A stretch of 64,000 nucleotides of DNA from Candidatus Magasanikiibacteriota bacterium (GTDB lineage: Bacteria > Patescibacteriota > Patescibacteriia > Magasanikbacterales > UBA922): contig JABIBU010000013.1 of the NCBI GenBank assembly GCA_018652595.1, positions 93,043-157,042 of the forward strand, given 5' to 3'. The notes under the pieces were generated by a model. That model ran no database searches, was not told where the DNA came from, and saw nothing but the letters and a program-made list of their open reading frames with translations. Positions within the stretch are counted from its first letter, which is position 1. Each line of letters starts with the position of its first letter. A program made the translations under genes and the position numbers. Below are positions 1-9,129 of the stretch, piece after piece.

Positions 1-104
1 TCGACAAGTGCTTAAGTGTTTGCGCGCCCAAGTTATCCACAGCATACCAGCTGTTACCAAACAATTCTGAAATTTGTGTAGATTTGTGTTAAGATTCGTG
101 GGCA

Positions 105-133
105 TTGACAAATTCAAATTAACCTGCTATAAT
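105..133 (+). promoter_or_regulatory. Consensus sigma70 promoter TTGACA-N17-TATAAT upstream of rny, with a long leader
   Basis: TTGACA at 105-110 and TATAAT at 128-133 with a 17-nt spacer, read directly. rny starts 260 nt downstream, so either a long 5' UTR or a small leader ORF (235-342) lies between. Confidence 0.45.
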
Positions 134-393
134 GTATTTACACTTTAATCATTAAGGTGATGAAATCGATATTATTTTAGTAGAGAAGGAATACGAGAAA
201 AAACTGTTTTATCGAACAAGAAATATAAATAATTATGCTGAAATTAGCTAAATTATCACTTCTTCAAGAATACAATTACTCTCTTCAATCTGACTATTCA
301 GATTCTTTTGAGCTAGGCAAAAATTCTTTGCTTTTAGCTTAATTCTTCTCACAATATTAGTATCATTCTCATCACGTATGGGAAATTTTTTAT

Positions 394-1926
394 ATGCAAG
401 ACTTACTAATATTAGCAATTGCTGGTGGTGGCCTAGGTATCTTTGTGGGTATCCCTCTGGGTTATTTTTTGCGCAAGCAACTAGCCCAAGGTCAAGCCAA
501 TTCAGTAGAAGCTAAGGCCGAAAAGATGATGTCTGAGGCCAAAAACAAAGAGCAAGAGATCTTACTAAAATCCAAAGAAAAGGCCATCAAAATGATTGAT
601 GATGCCAAAAAAGAAGAGACAGACAGACGATCTGAGATGCAAAAAACTCAATCTAGACTCGAACAGCGTGAAAACATGTTTGACAAAAAGTTACTTGAGT
701 TTGAAGATCGCAAAACAAATCTACAAAAAAAAGTAGAAGAAATCCAAACAATCAAACAAAAGATTGATGTCGCAAAAGAAGAAGTTGGAAAAAAACTAGA
801 AGAAGTTTCTGGTTATTCCAAAGATCAAGCTGTGGATGAGCTCTTTCATCGTGTAGAAGAAGAAAGTAGCGAAGACTTGGCCATGCGCATCATGAAGATG
901 GAAAAGACAAACAGTGAAACTTACGAAGAAAAAGCCACGAGAATAGTTTTGGAATCTATCCAAAGATGTGCCACCGATCACTCTAGTGAGACAACTTCCT
1001 CATCTATTCCACTACCAAGTGAAGAGATGAAAGGTAGAATTATTGGAAAAGACGGTCGCAATATCAAGACTATTGAAAAGATGACTGGATGTGAGCTTAT
1101 TATTGATGAGACTCCAGAAATGCTTTTGATCTCTAGCTTCTCCCCTATTCGCAGACGAGTATGTTATCTAGCTTTGGAAAAACTGATCAAAGATGGTCGC
1201 ATACAACCAGCTAGAATTGAAGCATTTATAGAGGAGGCAAAAAAAGAAATAGCAATTGATATCAAAAAAACTGGCGAAGAAACTTTGTACAAACTTGGGT
1301 TCACAGGTATTGAGCCAAAATTAGTTTCCATTGCTGGGAGACTAAAATATCGTACTAGTTATGGTCAAAACATATTAAACCACTCTATCGAAGTCGCCCA
1401 ACTCTCTGGTTTAATCGCCGAAGAACTTGGAGCTGATGTAGCAAAAGCCAAAAAAGCTGGCTTCTTCCACGATATTGGAAAAGCTGTTGACCAAGAAACT
1501 CAAGGCTCTCATCCAGAAATTGGTGGTGTTATTTTGAAAAAATTTGGTTTGGATGAAGATCTCCAAGATGCTGCAATGAACCACCACGAAGATAAACCAG
1601 AAAAACTTATCACTCAGATTGTAAAAGCAGCCGATGCTATCTCTGGTGCCAGAGTCGGTGCTAGACGAGATACTTATGAGCAATATGTTGCTCGCTTGGA
1701 AGAACTAGAAGGAACTGCAAAACAATTTCCTGGTGTTGAAAAAGTTTATGCTATACAAGCTGGTCGTGAAGTTAGAGTATTTGTTAGCCCAGAAGAAATT
1801 GATGATTACAAAGCTTATAACTTAGCCAAAGATATTGCTCGTAAAATTGAAAATGAATTGCAATATCCTGGAGAGATCAAAGTCTGTGTAATTCGCGAAA
1901 GTCGTGTGATTGAATACGCAAAATAA
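394..1926 (+). CDS. rny: Ribonuclease Y (N-terminal TM anchor, coiled coil, KH domain, HD domain)
   Basis: N-terminal hydrophobic segment, a long K/E-rich coiled coil, the KH motif IIGKDGRNIKTIE, and the HD motif FHDIGKA...HHE. The length and domain order are typical of RNase Y. Confidence 0.9.
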   Translation: MQDLLILAIAGGGLGIFVGIPLGYFLRKQLAQGQANSVEAKAEKMMSEAKNKEQEILLKSKEKAIKMIDDAKKEETDRRSEMQKTQSRLEQRENMFDKKLLEFEDRKTNLQKKVEEIQTIKQKIDVAKEEVGKKLEEVSGYSKDQAVDELFHRVEEESSEDLAMRIMKMEKTNSETYEEKATRIVLESIQRCATDHSSETTSSSIPLPSEEMKGRIIGKDGRNIKTIEKMTGCELIIDETPEMLLISSFSPIRRRVCYLALEKLIKDGRIQPARIEAFIEEAKKEIAIDIKKTGEETLYKLGFTGIEPKLVSIAGRLKYRTSYGQNILNHSIEVAQLSGLIAEELGADVAKAKKAGFFHDIGKAVDQETQGSHPEIGGVILKKFGLDEDLQDAAMNHHEDKPEKLITQIVKAADAISGARVGARRDTYEQYVARLEELEGTAKQFPGVEKVYAIQAGREVRVFVSPEEIDDYKAYNLAKDIARKIENELQYPGEIKVCVIRESRVIEYAK

Positions 1927-1940
1927 ACATTTTGAGACTT

Positions 1941-1978
1941 AAAAAAACCCGCTAATACAGCGGGTTTTTGTTTTTTAT
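1941..1978. terminator. Bidirectional rho-independent terminator between the convergent rny and the GC-rich ORF
   Basis: aaaaaaaCCCGCTaatacAGCGGGtttttgtttttt: a 6-bp GC stem flanked by an A-run and a T-run. Confidence 0.6.
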
Positions 1979-2044
1979 AAAAACGAAAAAACTCGACGTC
2001 AGCATAAATGCAAAACGTCGAGCCCTTCCTCCCTCTACACCTCC

Positions 2045-2593
2045 TTACCTCTTCAAGAAACTATCAATCTCAAAGAAGTTCTCTACTAGAATATCGTGTG
2101 AATCCCCAAGAACAACGAAACATTCCACTCCATCAATATGTTGGATTGCCGTTATTGGCTCTCCATCACTGCTGGAGAGTGGAACAAGTCCTCGTAAAAT
2201 CCTCACTGCTTCTTCGGCACCGGAGAACCCCAGCACCTTCCATGGAACAGTCTCGTCGAGACTAATGATCCTCTTCTCTTGAGGATGGCTTGCCTGATCA
2301 ACTACGAAACTAAACAGACAGACCAACACATAAGGATTATCATACCCCAACTTTTCCAAAAGCGCCCTATAAGGCGGGCGTCTCCAGGTCCACTCTCTTC
2401 TCTTGTGCTGATTGAGCCTCCAGGTTACCTCACCAGCAGTCTCAAGTTTAAAGAGTGTGTTCTGAATCTCGTTTGGACTTGCTAGATTGTCCCAACCCCA
2501 ATCTGGATCATTGTGATCCACACACCTCTCGCCTTCTTCTCCCCATTGCTCAGCAAAGAGGAGGATGGATAAAACCAGCTCTCTGATTTCCAT
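2045..2593 (-). CDS. Hypothetical protein with atypically high GC. Start reassigned to the internal Met (MEIREL...) preceded by AGAGGAGA
   Basis: The ORF track gives 2045..2644. The second ATG has a strong SD (agaggagaagtcATG). The segment is much more GC-rich than its neighbours and throws off overlapping spurious plus-strand ORFs. I recognise no family. Confidence 0.4.
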   Translation of the reverse strand: MEIRELVLSILLFAEQWGEEGERCVDHNDPDWGWDNLASPNEIQNTLFKLETAGEVTWRLNQHKRREWTWRRPPYRALLEKLGYDNPYVLVCLFSFVVDQASHPQEKRIISLDETVPWKVLGFSGAEEAVRILRGLVPLSSSDGEPITAIQHIDGVECFVVLGDSHDILVENFFEIDSFLKR

Positions 2594-2756
2594 GACTTCT
2601 CCTCTAAATTGTGGGTTCTGTTTTTTCTCTCTTACATAGAACAAAAGGAGGGAACCCCCTTATTAATATATAGTAAAGCATATTTTAAAAAAAATTTCAA
2701 CCATTATTTTAAATTTTTATTAAGATATGTCTATCCACAGATATTTTTTCGCTCTG

Positions 2757-2785
2757 TTGACGGCTTTTTTAAAAAAAGCTATAAT
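2757..2785 (+). promoter_or_regulatory. Sigma70-type promoter TTGACG-N17-TATAAT for hup
   Basis: TTGACG at 2757-2762, a 17-nt spacer (gcttttttaaaaaaagc), and TATAAT at 2780-2785, about 75 nt upstream of the HU start. Confidence 0.5.
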
Positions 2786-2862
2786 AGCAATATAAATTAA
2801 ATTAACTTTTAACTCTTTCCGTACCCCGACTATGCTCGGGTTCGGAATTATAGGAGAATATT

Positions 2863-3141
2863 ATGAACAAAGCAGAACTAGCCGCTACAATTGCCGACAA
2901 GGTCGGCGTATCAAAAAAAGAAGGAGAGGGAATGGTAGCCGCTTTTGTAGAGACCGTTACCACCACACTAGTATCTGGTGGCGAAGTATCTATTGCTGGT
3001 TTTGGTGCCTTTAGCGCCAAACTAAGAGCCGGTAGAGTTGGTGTTAATCCACAAAACCCAACAGAAAAAATTCAAATCCCTCCAGTGACTGTACCGAAGT
3101 TTAAGGCTGGCAAAGGATTGAAAGATGCTTTGAAGAAATAA
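2863..3141 (+). CDS. hup: HU/IHF-family nucleoid DNA-binding protein
   Basis: The 92-aa product MNKAELA...GFGAF...RAGRVGVNPQNP...IPPVTVPKFKAGK matches the HU fold signature (arm with R-N-P). An RBS (aggagaa) precedes the ATG. Confidence 0.9.
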   Translation: MNKAELAATIADKVGVSKKEGEGMVAAFVETVTTTLVSGGEVSIAGFGAFSAKLRAGRVGVNPQNPTEKIQIPPVTVPKFKAGKGLKDALKK

Positions 3142-3180
3142 CACTGATTTAGACAGATTTTAAAAGATTACACAGATAAA

Positions 3181-3212
3181 AAACCACTCGCTAAATAGCG
3201 AGTGGTTTTTTG
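3181..3212. terminator. Bidirectional rho-independent terminator. It ends hup on the plus strand and the tRNA operon on the minus strand.
   Basis: aaaaCCACTCGCTaaatAGCGAGTGGtttttt. Confidence 0.6.
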
Positions 3213-3214
3213 TG

Positions 3215-3271
3215 TAAGGAGGGAGATTTGCCACCCTCGCGGGTGGTCAGCCTTGGGCTGAAACTCCCGAC
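3215..3271 (-). other. tRNA-Met 3'-half-like fragment (T-arm plus acceptor 3' strand) interrupted by a 30-nt GC-rich double hairpin
   Basis: taaGGAGGGAGATTTG[ccaccctcgcgggtggtcagccttgggctg]AACTCCCGAC matches the 3' end of the downstream tRNA-Met (tcaGGAGGGAGATTTGAACTCCCGACC), except for an insertion within the T-loop. No D or anticodon arm is present upstream. Confidence 0.4.
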
Positions 3272-3318
3272 TTGCTTTGTAAAAAAAATAAGTCCTGTGT
3301 TTTACAGAACTTATTTTG

Positions 3319-3392
3319 TGTCAGGAGGGAGATTTGAACTCCCGACCTTAGGGTTATGAATCCTACGCTCTCACCAACTGAGCTACCCTGAC
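3319..3392 (-). tRNA. tRNA-Met (anticodon CAT; initiator, elongator or Ile-lysidine type not resolved)
   Basis: Manual fold of the reverse complement: acceptor GTCAGGG, D-arm GCTCAGTTGGTGAGAGC, anticodon loop TTCATAA, T-arm GGGAGTTCAAATCTCCC, acceptor 3' TCCTGAC+A. Confidence 0.8.
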
Positions 3393-3429
3393 ATAGAAAA
3401 ATAAATTGTCTAGATGATCCCGACACTCG

Positions 3430-3501
3430 TAGCCCCAAGGGGAATCGAACCCCTGTTTTATGGATGAGAACCATATGTCCTAACCACTAGACGATGGGGC
3501 C
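3430..3501 (-). tRNA. tRNA-Glu (anticodon CTC)
   Basis: The reverse complement GGCCCCATCGTCTAGTGGTTAGGACATATGGTTCTCATCCATAAAACAGGGGTTCGATTCCCCTTGGGGCTA matches canonical tRNA-Glu architecture (GUCCCCU-UC-GUCUAG...). The anticodon loop is TTCTCAT. Confidence 0.75.
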
Positions 3502-3584
3502 AGAAGTCTCGGGACTATCCACTAGACGACCGGACCATTATACAGACAAAATTATACAGGAAATATAATTTTTTGTCAATATTT

Positions 3585-4868
3585 TTATCTTAGCAAAACA
3601 AAAGGTGCACTATATAGTTGTTTTATTGAAACAGGTTCACCCAATGGCAAAAAACCTCGCGGAGACGCTATTAATAATAGATAGTTCCAGACGAAAAAAA
3701 TAAAAATAATACCTAAATAAACTATAGCTTTAACTTTACTTTTATCTACTCTGTCAAACAAATAAGCAAAACCAAATGCAAATATAAACAATGAACCAAT
3801 CATCTTTCGAGCTCCAAAAGCTGAGCCACCCCACCAATCCAACAAACTTGCATTAAGATAAACCTGCACAAACAGCATTATAGACATTGCTGTAACTAAA
3901 AACTTATTTTTTCTAAAGGCCAGAATTAAACCCAACACACCTACCAATAAAAATGGATGCCAACTAAATAGACCATGATAACCAGAAAATAATACGGATA
4001 AAATTTTGGGTTGTAGAAACTGTATAAAACCAGATCCTTGCGGTACTAGAAAAAAAGAACCATATAAAAATTTCCACATTAAAAATTGTGGTAATAAAAT
4101 TAGCAAAACAACAAGAGGAGAGATAAATACCTTACTAGTTATTATTTTTCTTTCTTGTATTTTTTTGAGATAAATTATAGCAGGGAATAGTACAAAAATA
4201 ATATTTTGCCACCTCACTAAGACTGTCAAACCAATGGAAAGACCTAGAAATATTAGTGTTTTGCTGTCTATTTTTTCTTTTTTTAAAAAAACTACAGAAT
4301 ACCAAAAAAGTAAACAGCATGCAAAAAAAGACAGACCATGTGACATCATCGGTTCGTATATAACATAGTGCAAAAGGGGCGAACAAAAAATAACCACTAT
4401 CACCGACAACCAACTAGACAGGCTAGAAAAAAAACTTTGCAGGGCCTTGAATAAAAAGACAGCCCCCAGCAATACATAGAAAATAGAACCAAAACTTAAA
4501 AATAGCTGGTAATAAATACTAAAACCAAGTAAACCAAATTGGGCAAAACCTGAAAAGAAATCTAGTAAAATAGCCGGAATAAAAAATGGGGACAGTAGTA
4601 TGCTCATACCGATAGCAAAAGGATTTCCATGCTTACCAATCGATGTAGTTGCTTGATTGCTTAAATCTGTTCCATAAATACCATCATAACGAATGTATTC
4701 GTTAGTAAAATCAAAATCCCCGTCAAAAGCTAGGGACCTTAGATACATATAATAACCATGGCCATCCCCCGCTATATCCCATTTTGGATTTAAAATAAAA
4801 ATTGAAATTGAAAAAACTAATACTAAAAATAATACTAGAGATAATGAAGAAAATAATTTAAATTTCAT
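3585..4868 (-). CDS. Polytopic integral membrane protein, possibly a GT-C-type glycosyltransferase or mannosyltransferase-like
   Basis: 427 aa with at least 10 hydrophobic helices and an N-terminal periplasmic-loop motif (DGHGYYMY...DGDFDF). No soluble catalytic domain is visible, so function is inferred only from topology. Confidence 0.4.
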   Translation of the reverse strand: MKFKLFSSLSLVLFLVLVFSISIFILNPKWDIAGDGHGYYMYLRSLAFDGDFDFTNEYIRYDGIYGTDLSNQATTSIGKHGNPFAIGMSILLSPFFIPAILLDFFSGFAQFGLLGFSIYYQLFLSFGSIFYVLLGAVFLFKALQSFFSSLSSWLSVIVVIFCSPLLHYVIYEPMMSHGLSFFACCLLFWYSVVFLKKEKIDSKTLIFLGLSIGLTVLVRWQNIIFVLFPAIIYLKKIQERKIITSKVFISPLVVLLILLPQFLMWKFLYGSFFLVPQGSGFIQFLQPKILSVLFSGYHGLFSWHPFLLVGVLGLILAFRKNKFLVTAMSIMLFVQVYLNASLLDWWGGSAFGARKMIGSLFIFAFGFAYLFDRVDKSKVKAIVYLGIIFIFFVWNYLLLIASPRGFLPLGEPVSIKQLYSAPFVLLR

Positions 4869-4910
4869 AAGAAACCAATTATATTTCGTAATTCCTAAAT
4901 TTGTATATTT

Positions 4911-6710
4911 TTATCGACCTGGTGGAACTTGGTAGTATTCCAAAATAAACTTGGCTATATCACCAAAGACTGGTGCGGCAGTGACTGAGGAATATTGCCG
5001 TTCTGGTTTTTCAAACTTTACTATCATGGCAAATTTTGGATCATCTACCGGTCCAAACCCTATAAAAGAGTGGTTAGTGTCTTCGGTATAACCACCTAAC
5101 CCAGAAATCTGAGCCGTTCCAGTCTTTCCAGCTATGTAATAACCATCTACTTTGGCAGACGAAGCTTGCCCCCTATCTATAACATTGACTAGCATACCAG
5201 ACAAAAGCATGGCGCTACGACTATCTAAGACTTTTCTTATTTCTTGTGGATAAAATCTTTCTATTTTTCCATTTGCATAACGCAATTCTTCCACCACATA
5301 TGGTTTCATCAAATTTCCTCCATTAGCGATCGCGCCAAATGCTGATACCATTTGCAAGGGGGTGGCTGTAAGACCCTGGCCAAAGGAAGCTGTGGCTGTA
5401 TAACAATCTACACTATCACCCTTATTTTGACTAAGGGAATCAATCGTGCCAGAAGCTTCGCTATCTAATTCAATACCAGTCTTTACACCAAAACCAAAAT
5501 CTTCTACATATTTTTTAAATTTTTTCTTACCCAAAACATTTACCACTTCTACCATTCCAGTATTAATAGAATTTTCCAAAACACCGGTCATGGTCTGATC
5601 TTCATAAATTTTGCTACCAGCGTTCTCTATCAATTTGGTACAACCACCATCAACTTTTCCACTATCATAAAAATAAGTATCTGGAGTAATTAAATTTTCA
5701 TTCAAAGCCGCTGCCATAGCAATTGGCTTAAAAACAGATCCCGGCTCATATGGAGTAAAGATACTGTCATTATTATAAATAATAACAGAATCAACCTGAT
5801 TATACTGATTTGGATCAAAATCTGGAGATCCACAGATAGCCCTTATTTTGCCCGTATTAGGCTCCATTATTACAAGTGAGGCCGATGTCGCCCCAAACCC
5901 CTCTCTCGCTTCTGAGAGCCTCTTACAAGCCTTGAATTGCAGGGTACGATCGATGGTGAGAAGCATGTCCAACCCATCTTCAGCTGCTTCAAAATTCCAG
6001 CCAGCCAAAGGAATCCTACCGCCACCAACACTTTTGGACCCCTCAAAAAATCCACCCTTTCCTGCTAGCTCTTTTTGCCAATAACCCTCTATGCCATAAT
6101 GACCAATACTATCACCATCCTTGTCTTTACCAAGGAAGCCAATAACATGAGCAGCTAGATTTTCTTCTGGATAAAAACGTAGTGGGTGACGCGAAAAAGC
6201 AATACCGAGTAAATCAAGTTCTTTTAATCTATCAACAATACTTTCATCTACTTTATTCTCAATTGGCTCATATGGATCATCGCGTTTATTTATCCTCAAA
6301 TAAACGTCAAACTTTTTTTCATCATCATAATTAAATATTTCAGCCAATTTACTAGCAACATTCTCAGCCTCTTCATCTGTTTTTATTACACGAGTATCAG
6401 CATAGACAATGAAATAATCTCTGTTCATTGCCAAAGGATATTCCTCACCGGTTCTAGAATCTTGCACATACACCTGGCCGCGAACTGGAAAAAGATTTCT
6501 ATAAACCTCTCTAGATCCAGCCGCCAAAGCAACATAAAAACTATGTTGAAAAATCATCAAAATTACAAGACGTACTACAATTATAGAGGAGACAACAAAA
6601 AAAAATCCTAAAATAAATCTGAGTCTGGGGTCCCCTGACTCCTTCTTATTAGCTTTGAAGCCGAGATTGTCACGTGATTTTACTCTAATTTTTTGCATAA
6701 AGAAATACAA
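4911..6710 (-). CDS. Class B penicillin-binding protein (PBP2/FtsI-type peptidoglycan D,D-transpeptidase)
   Basis: N-terminal TM segment, SVFK (SxxK), SIN (SxN) and KTGTA (KTG) active-site motifs in canonical order and spacing. Confidence 0.85.
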   Translation of the reverse strand: MYFFMQKIRVKSRDNLGFKANKKESGDPRLRFILGFFFVVSSIIVVRLVILMIFQHSFYVALAAGSREVYRNLFPVRGQVYVQDSRTGEEYPLAMNRDYFIVYADTRVIKTDEEAENVASKLAEIFNYDDEKKFDVYLRINKRDDPYEPIENKVDESIVDRLKELDLLGIAFSRHPLRFYPEENLAAHVIGFLGKDKDGDSIGHYGIEGYWQKELAGKGGFFEGSKSVGGGRIPLAGWNFEAAEDGLDMLLTIDRTLQFKACKRLSEAREGFGATSASLVIMEPNTGKIRAICGSPDFDPNQYNQVDSVIIYNNDSIFTPYEPGSVFKPIAMAAALNENLITPDTYFYDSGKVDGGCTKLIENAGSKIYEDQTMTGVLENSINTGMVEVVNVLGKKKFKKYVEDFGFGVKTGIELDSEASGTIDSLSQNKGDSVDCYTATASFGQGLTATPLQMVSAFGAIANGGNLMKPYVVEELRYANGKIERFYPQEIRKVLDSRSAMLLSGMLVNVIDRGQASSAKVDGYYIAGKTGTAQISGLGGYTEDTNHSFIGFGPVDDPKFAMIVKFEKPERQYSSVTAAPVFGDIAKFILEYYQVPPGR

Positions 6711-6713
6711 ATA

Positions 6714-7748
6714 TCAAATTCGTTTCTGTCTACCTGTCCTCTTCTCAACCATGCCCTCGTCAATCAAATCTTCTTTAACTAGTTGTTTCAAAGAATTTTC
6801 CAAAGTAGACATGCCATCTTTCATACCAGTCTGAATAGAACTTGGAATCTGAGCAATATTGTTTTCACGAATCAAATTAGAGATAGCCGGCGTATTAACT
6901 AAAATTTCACGAGCAGCCACTCGTTTGCCATCTTTTGTTGGTATTAATTGCTGAGACACCACACCTCGCAATACTGCTGACAATTGAATCAAAATCTGTT
7001 TTTGTTTTGCGCCATCAAACACATCTACTATTCTCTCAATAGCTTCGGCAGCACTAGAGGTGTGCAATGTAGAAAATACCAGGTGACCAGTCTCAGCAGC
7101 TGTCAAAACAGTAGCAATAGTCTCCGGGTCACGCATCTCACCAACCAAAATCACATTTGGGTCCTGACGCAAAACATGTTTTAGGGCAGCAGCAAAAGAC
7201 TTTGTATCAGTTCCCACTTCTCGCTGTTCTATCATGCTTTCTTTATCCTCAAATAAAAATTCTATTGGATCCTCTATTGTTATTATATGAGCTTTTCTGG
7301 TTTTATTAATTTCTTCTATCATCGAAGCCAGTGTGGTAGATTTGCCATGACCAGTTGGACCTACCACCAAAACCAAACCATTGAGTAAATTCGTAAAATC
7401 ATTCAAAATTGACTCGAAACGTAAATCTTCTGGACTAGGTATGTCATGTGGAATAAGACGAGCTGCCATACCAATTTTTTCTTGCTGTTGATGCAAGTTA
7501 ACACGAAAACGCATATCTTTGTCTTGATAACCAAAATCAAGTTCTAATTCTTCTTGATACTTCTTTTTTTGCTCAGCACTAAGTAGACTTAATAAGCCGG
7601 TTTCTAGTTCTTTTTCTGGTAAATCTTTGTCTTCTATATCTACTAGATTACCATCTACACGCAATGTTGGTCTCTCCCCTGACACCAGATGCAAATCTGA
7701 GGCTCCTTTTCCAATTGCTAAGTCAAAGTATGATTTTATACTCTTCAT
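6714..7748 (-). CDS. pilT: Type IV pilus retraction ATPase PilT
   Basis: Walker A GPTGHGKSTT, Asp box, His box FSTLHTSSAAEAIERI, and length 344 aa, all typical of PilT/PilU. Confidence 0.85.
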   Translation of the reverse strand: MKSIKSYFDLAIGKGASDLHLVSGERPTLRVDGNLVDIEDKDLPEKELETGLLSLLSAEQKKKYQEELELDFGYQDKDMRFRVNLHQQQEKIGMAARLIPHDIPSPEDLRFESILNDFTNLLNGLVLVVGPTGHGKSTTLASMIEEINKTRKAHIITIEDPIEFLFEDKESMIEQREVGTDTKSFAAALKHVLRQDPNVILVGEMRDPETIATVLTAAETGHLVFSTLHTSSAAEAIERIVDVFDGAKQKQILIQLSAVLRGVVSQQLIPTKDGKRVAAREILVNTPAISNLIRENNIAQIPSSIQTGMKDGMSTLENSLKQLVKEDLIDEGMVEKRTGRQKRI

Positions 7749-7822
7749 AATAAAAATACTTAAAATGCCAAAAAAGCTATAGACACTTAAAAGGCTTACT
7801 AATACACTTATTTTAACATAAT

Positions 7823-7851
7823 AAAAACCAAGCTACAATGCTTGGTTTTCT
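7823..7851. terminator. Rho-independent terminator hairpin
   Basis: aaaaACCAAGCtacaatGCTTGGTtttc, downstream of the minus-strand gene 7882..8199. Confidence 0.5.
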
Positions 7852-7881
7852 GCATATTCCAAAAGTTCCGTACTTTATGTC

Positions 7882-8199
7882 TTATTTCTCCATCTCACCT
7901 TTTAAATTCTTATATTGAGCACTGACGACCTTAACGACCATTTTTTTCACATTTTCAGCTAATCCATTTTCAACAGCATATTTATTAACCGACTCACGAA
8001 CCAATTTTACATATTGATTCTTATTTAAGTTTTTGTACTCCTTGGACACCAAAACTTTTTCTTTTAGCCCCACATAAACTTCAGCAGCATGATCGAGCAT
8101 CTGCTCACGCATATCCCTTCCTTTTTGTGTTGTGTTGAGCCAGACTAAACCAGCACCCAGTAAACCACCTAGGCACAGACCTTTTTTAAATTTTCCCAT
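7882..8199 (-). CDS. Small membrane-anchored protein, YtxH/DUF948-like
   Basis: 105 aa: an N-terminal Gly-rich hydrophobic segment (GLCLGGLLGAGLVW) followed by a K/E-rich helical region. Weak family assignment. Confidence 0.35.
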   Translation of the reverse strand: MGKFKKGLCLGGLLGAGLVWLNTTQKGRDMREQMLDHAAEVYVGLKEKVLVSKEYKNLNKNQYVKLVRESVNKYAVENGLAENVKKMVVKVVSAQYKNLKGEMEK

Positions 8200-8270
8200 A
8201 TAAATAAATTAAGATTAAAGACTAAAAATTAAAGATTGTTTATAGTATACCAAACAAAACCACAAAACAA

Positions 8271-8298
8271 AAGGCCATCCACAAGGATGACCTTTTAA
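8271..8298. terminator. Rho-independent terminator (imperfect stem) after the dsbA-like gene
   Basis: aaaAGGCCATCCacaaGGATGACCTtttaa. Confidence 0.4.
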
Positions 8299-8316
8299 TT
8301 CATTTAAATTAGTCTG

Positions 8317-9078
8317 CTATTTCAATCCCAACTGAGTTGCAGCTTTTTTGAAGTTTGTTACACTCATAGTTCCGGCCTCTGATAAAACAAACAGTTCATC
8401 ATGCATTTCAAAAGCTTTTCCTTGTTCTTTTGCACACTCAAATGCTTCTGCTGCTTTTTGAGCCTGTTGATGAAAAGATAGTGGGAAATGACGGAAAGTA
8501 AATCTAACATCATCACCATAATTGGCCAAAACCTGCTCAACAGTTGGTACAAAACGAGCACAGTATGGACATTCAAAATCAGAAAACTCCACAATTGTAA
8601 TAGGAGCATCTTTTTCTCCTCTCCAAACAACATCTTTTAGCTCAGGCATATCTACCTTTGTTAGATTGCCAGCATCATCTTTCATAAATTCAAAATCTGG
8701 TTCTTCTCCTGCAAGCAGAGCATCAATCACTTGCTTTGCCATATCATATGGTAAGGCACCGCTCATAAGATAACCGTTTACAAAAGTAGCTGGAGTACCA
8801 CGAACACCCAGACTAGAACCCAATTGCATATCAGCATTTACTGCGCTAGCATACTTATCAGTATCTAGACACTCACTAAATTTTTTCGGACCATCAACAT
8901 CTTCTGAGCCAGTTTTACCACTAGACTTGTCAGAATCAATTGCACCACCATTTAGCATTATACCCAAAAGGATAAAAAAACCAATGGCACATAGTACCAA
9001 AAAACCAGCAACCAAACCAAACCCGAAAGCTTGTTTACCACCCATATTACCGAGTGGATTTGAACTCTTATTTTCCAT
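8317..9078 (-). CDS. Membrane-anchored DsbA-family thiol:disulfide oxidoreductase
   Basis: N-terminal TM segment plus a thioredoxin-fold CxxC motif (FECPYCARF) and a downstream cis-Pro region. Confidence 0.8.
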   Translation of the reverse strand: MENKSSNPLGNMGGKQAFGFGLVAGFLVLCAIGFFILLGIMLNGGAIDSDKSSGKTGSEDVDGPKKFSECLDTDKYASAVNADMQLGSSLGVRGTPATFVNGYLMSGALPYDMAKQVIDALLAGEEPDFEFMKDDAGNLTKVDMPELKDVVWRGEKDAPITIVEFSDFECPYCARFVPTVEQVLANYGDDVRFTFRHFPLSFHQQAQKAAEAFECAKEQGKAFEMHDELFVLSEAGTMSVTNFKKAATQLGLK

Positions 9079-9129
9079 ATGTAATTTATTAAATATGATT
9101 TATTTCGTCTGTATATACTATCATCTAGC

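Noticed and set aside
1968-2485. Plus-strand ORFs 1968..2282, 2008..2265 and 2279..2485 overlapping the minus-strand GC-rich gene
   Set aside because: They are low-complexity Pro/Ser/Arg-rich translations of the opposite strand of a GC-rich coding region. They have no RBS and fully overlap a better ORF.
3215-3300. SRP (4.5S) RNA or tmRNA at the GC-rich hairpins next to tRNA-Met
   Set aside because: The GNRA hairpin is a perfect 6-bp stem lacking the SRP domain IV internal loops. There is no tmRNA 5' acceptor or resume codon region, and there is no room for a 350-nt tmRNA. It is better explained as an interrupted tRNA 3'-half duplicate.
4135-4413. 92-aa minus-strand ORF nested in the membrane-protein gene
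   Set aside because: It is fully contained in an alternative frame of a longer, well-supported ORF. AT-rich codons generate it by chance.
6714-7748. A complete type IV pilus locus around pilT
   Set aside because: Only pilT is present. No pilB, pilC or pilin genes are adjacent, so it is not called a pilus gene cluster.
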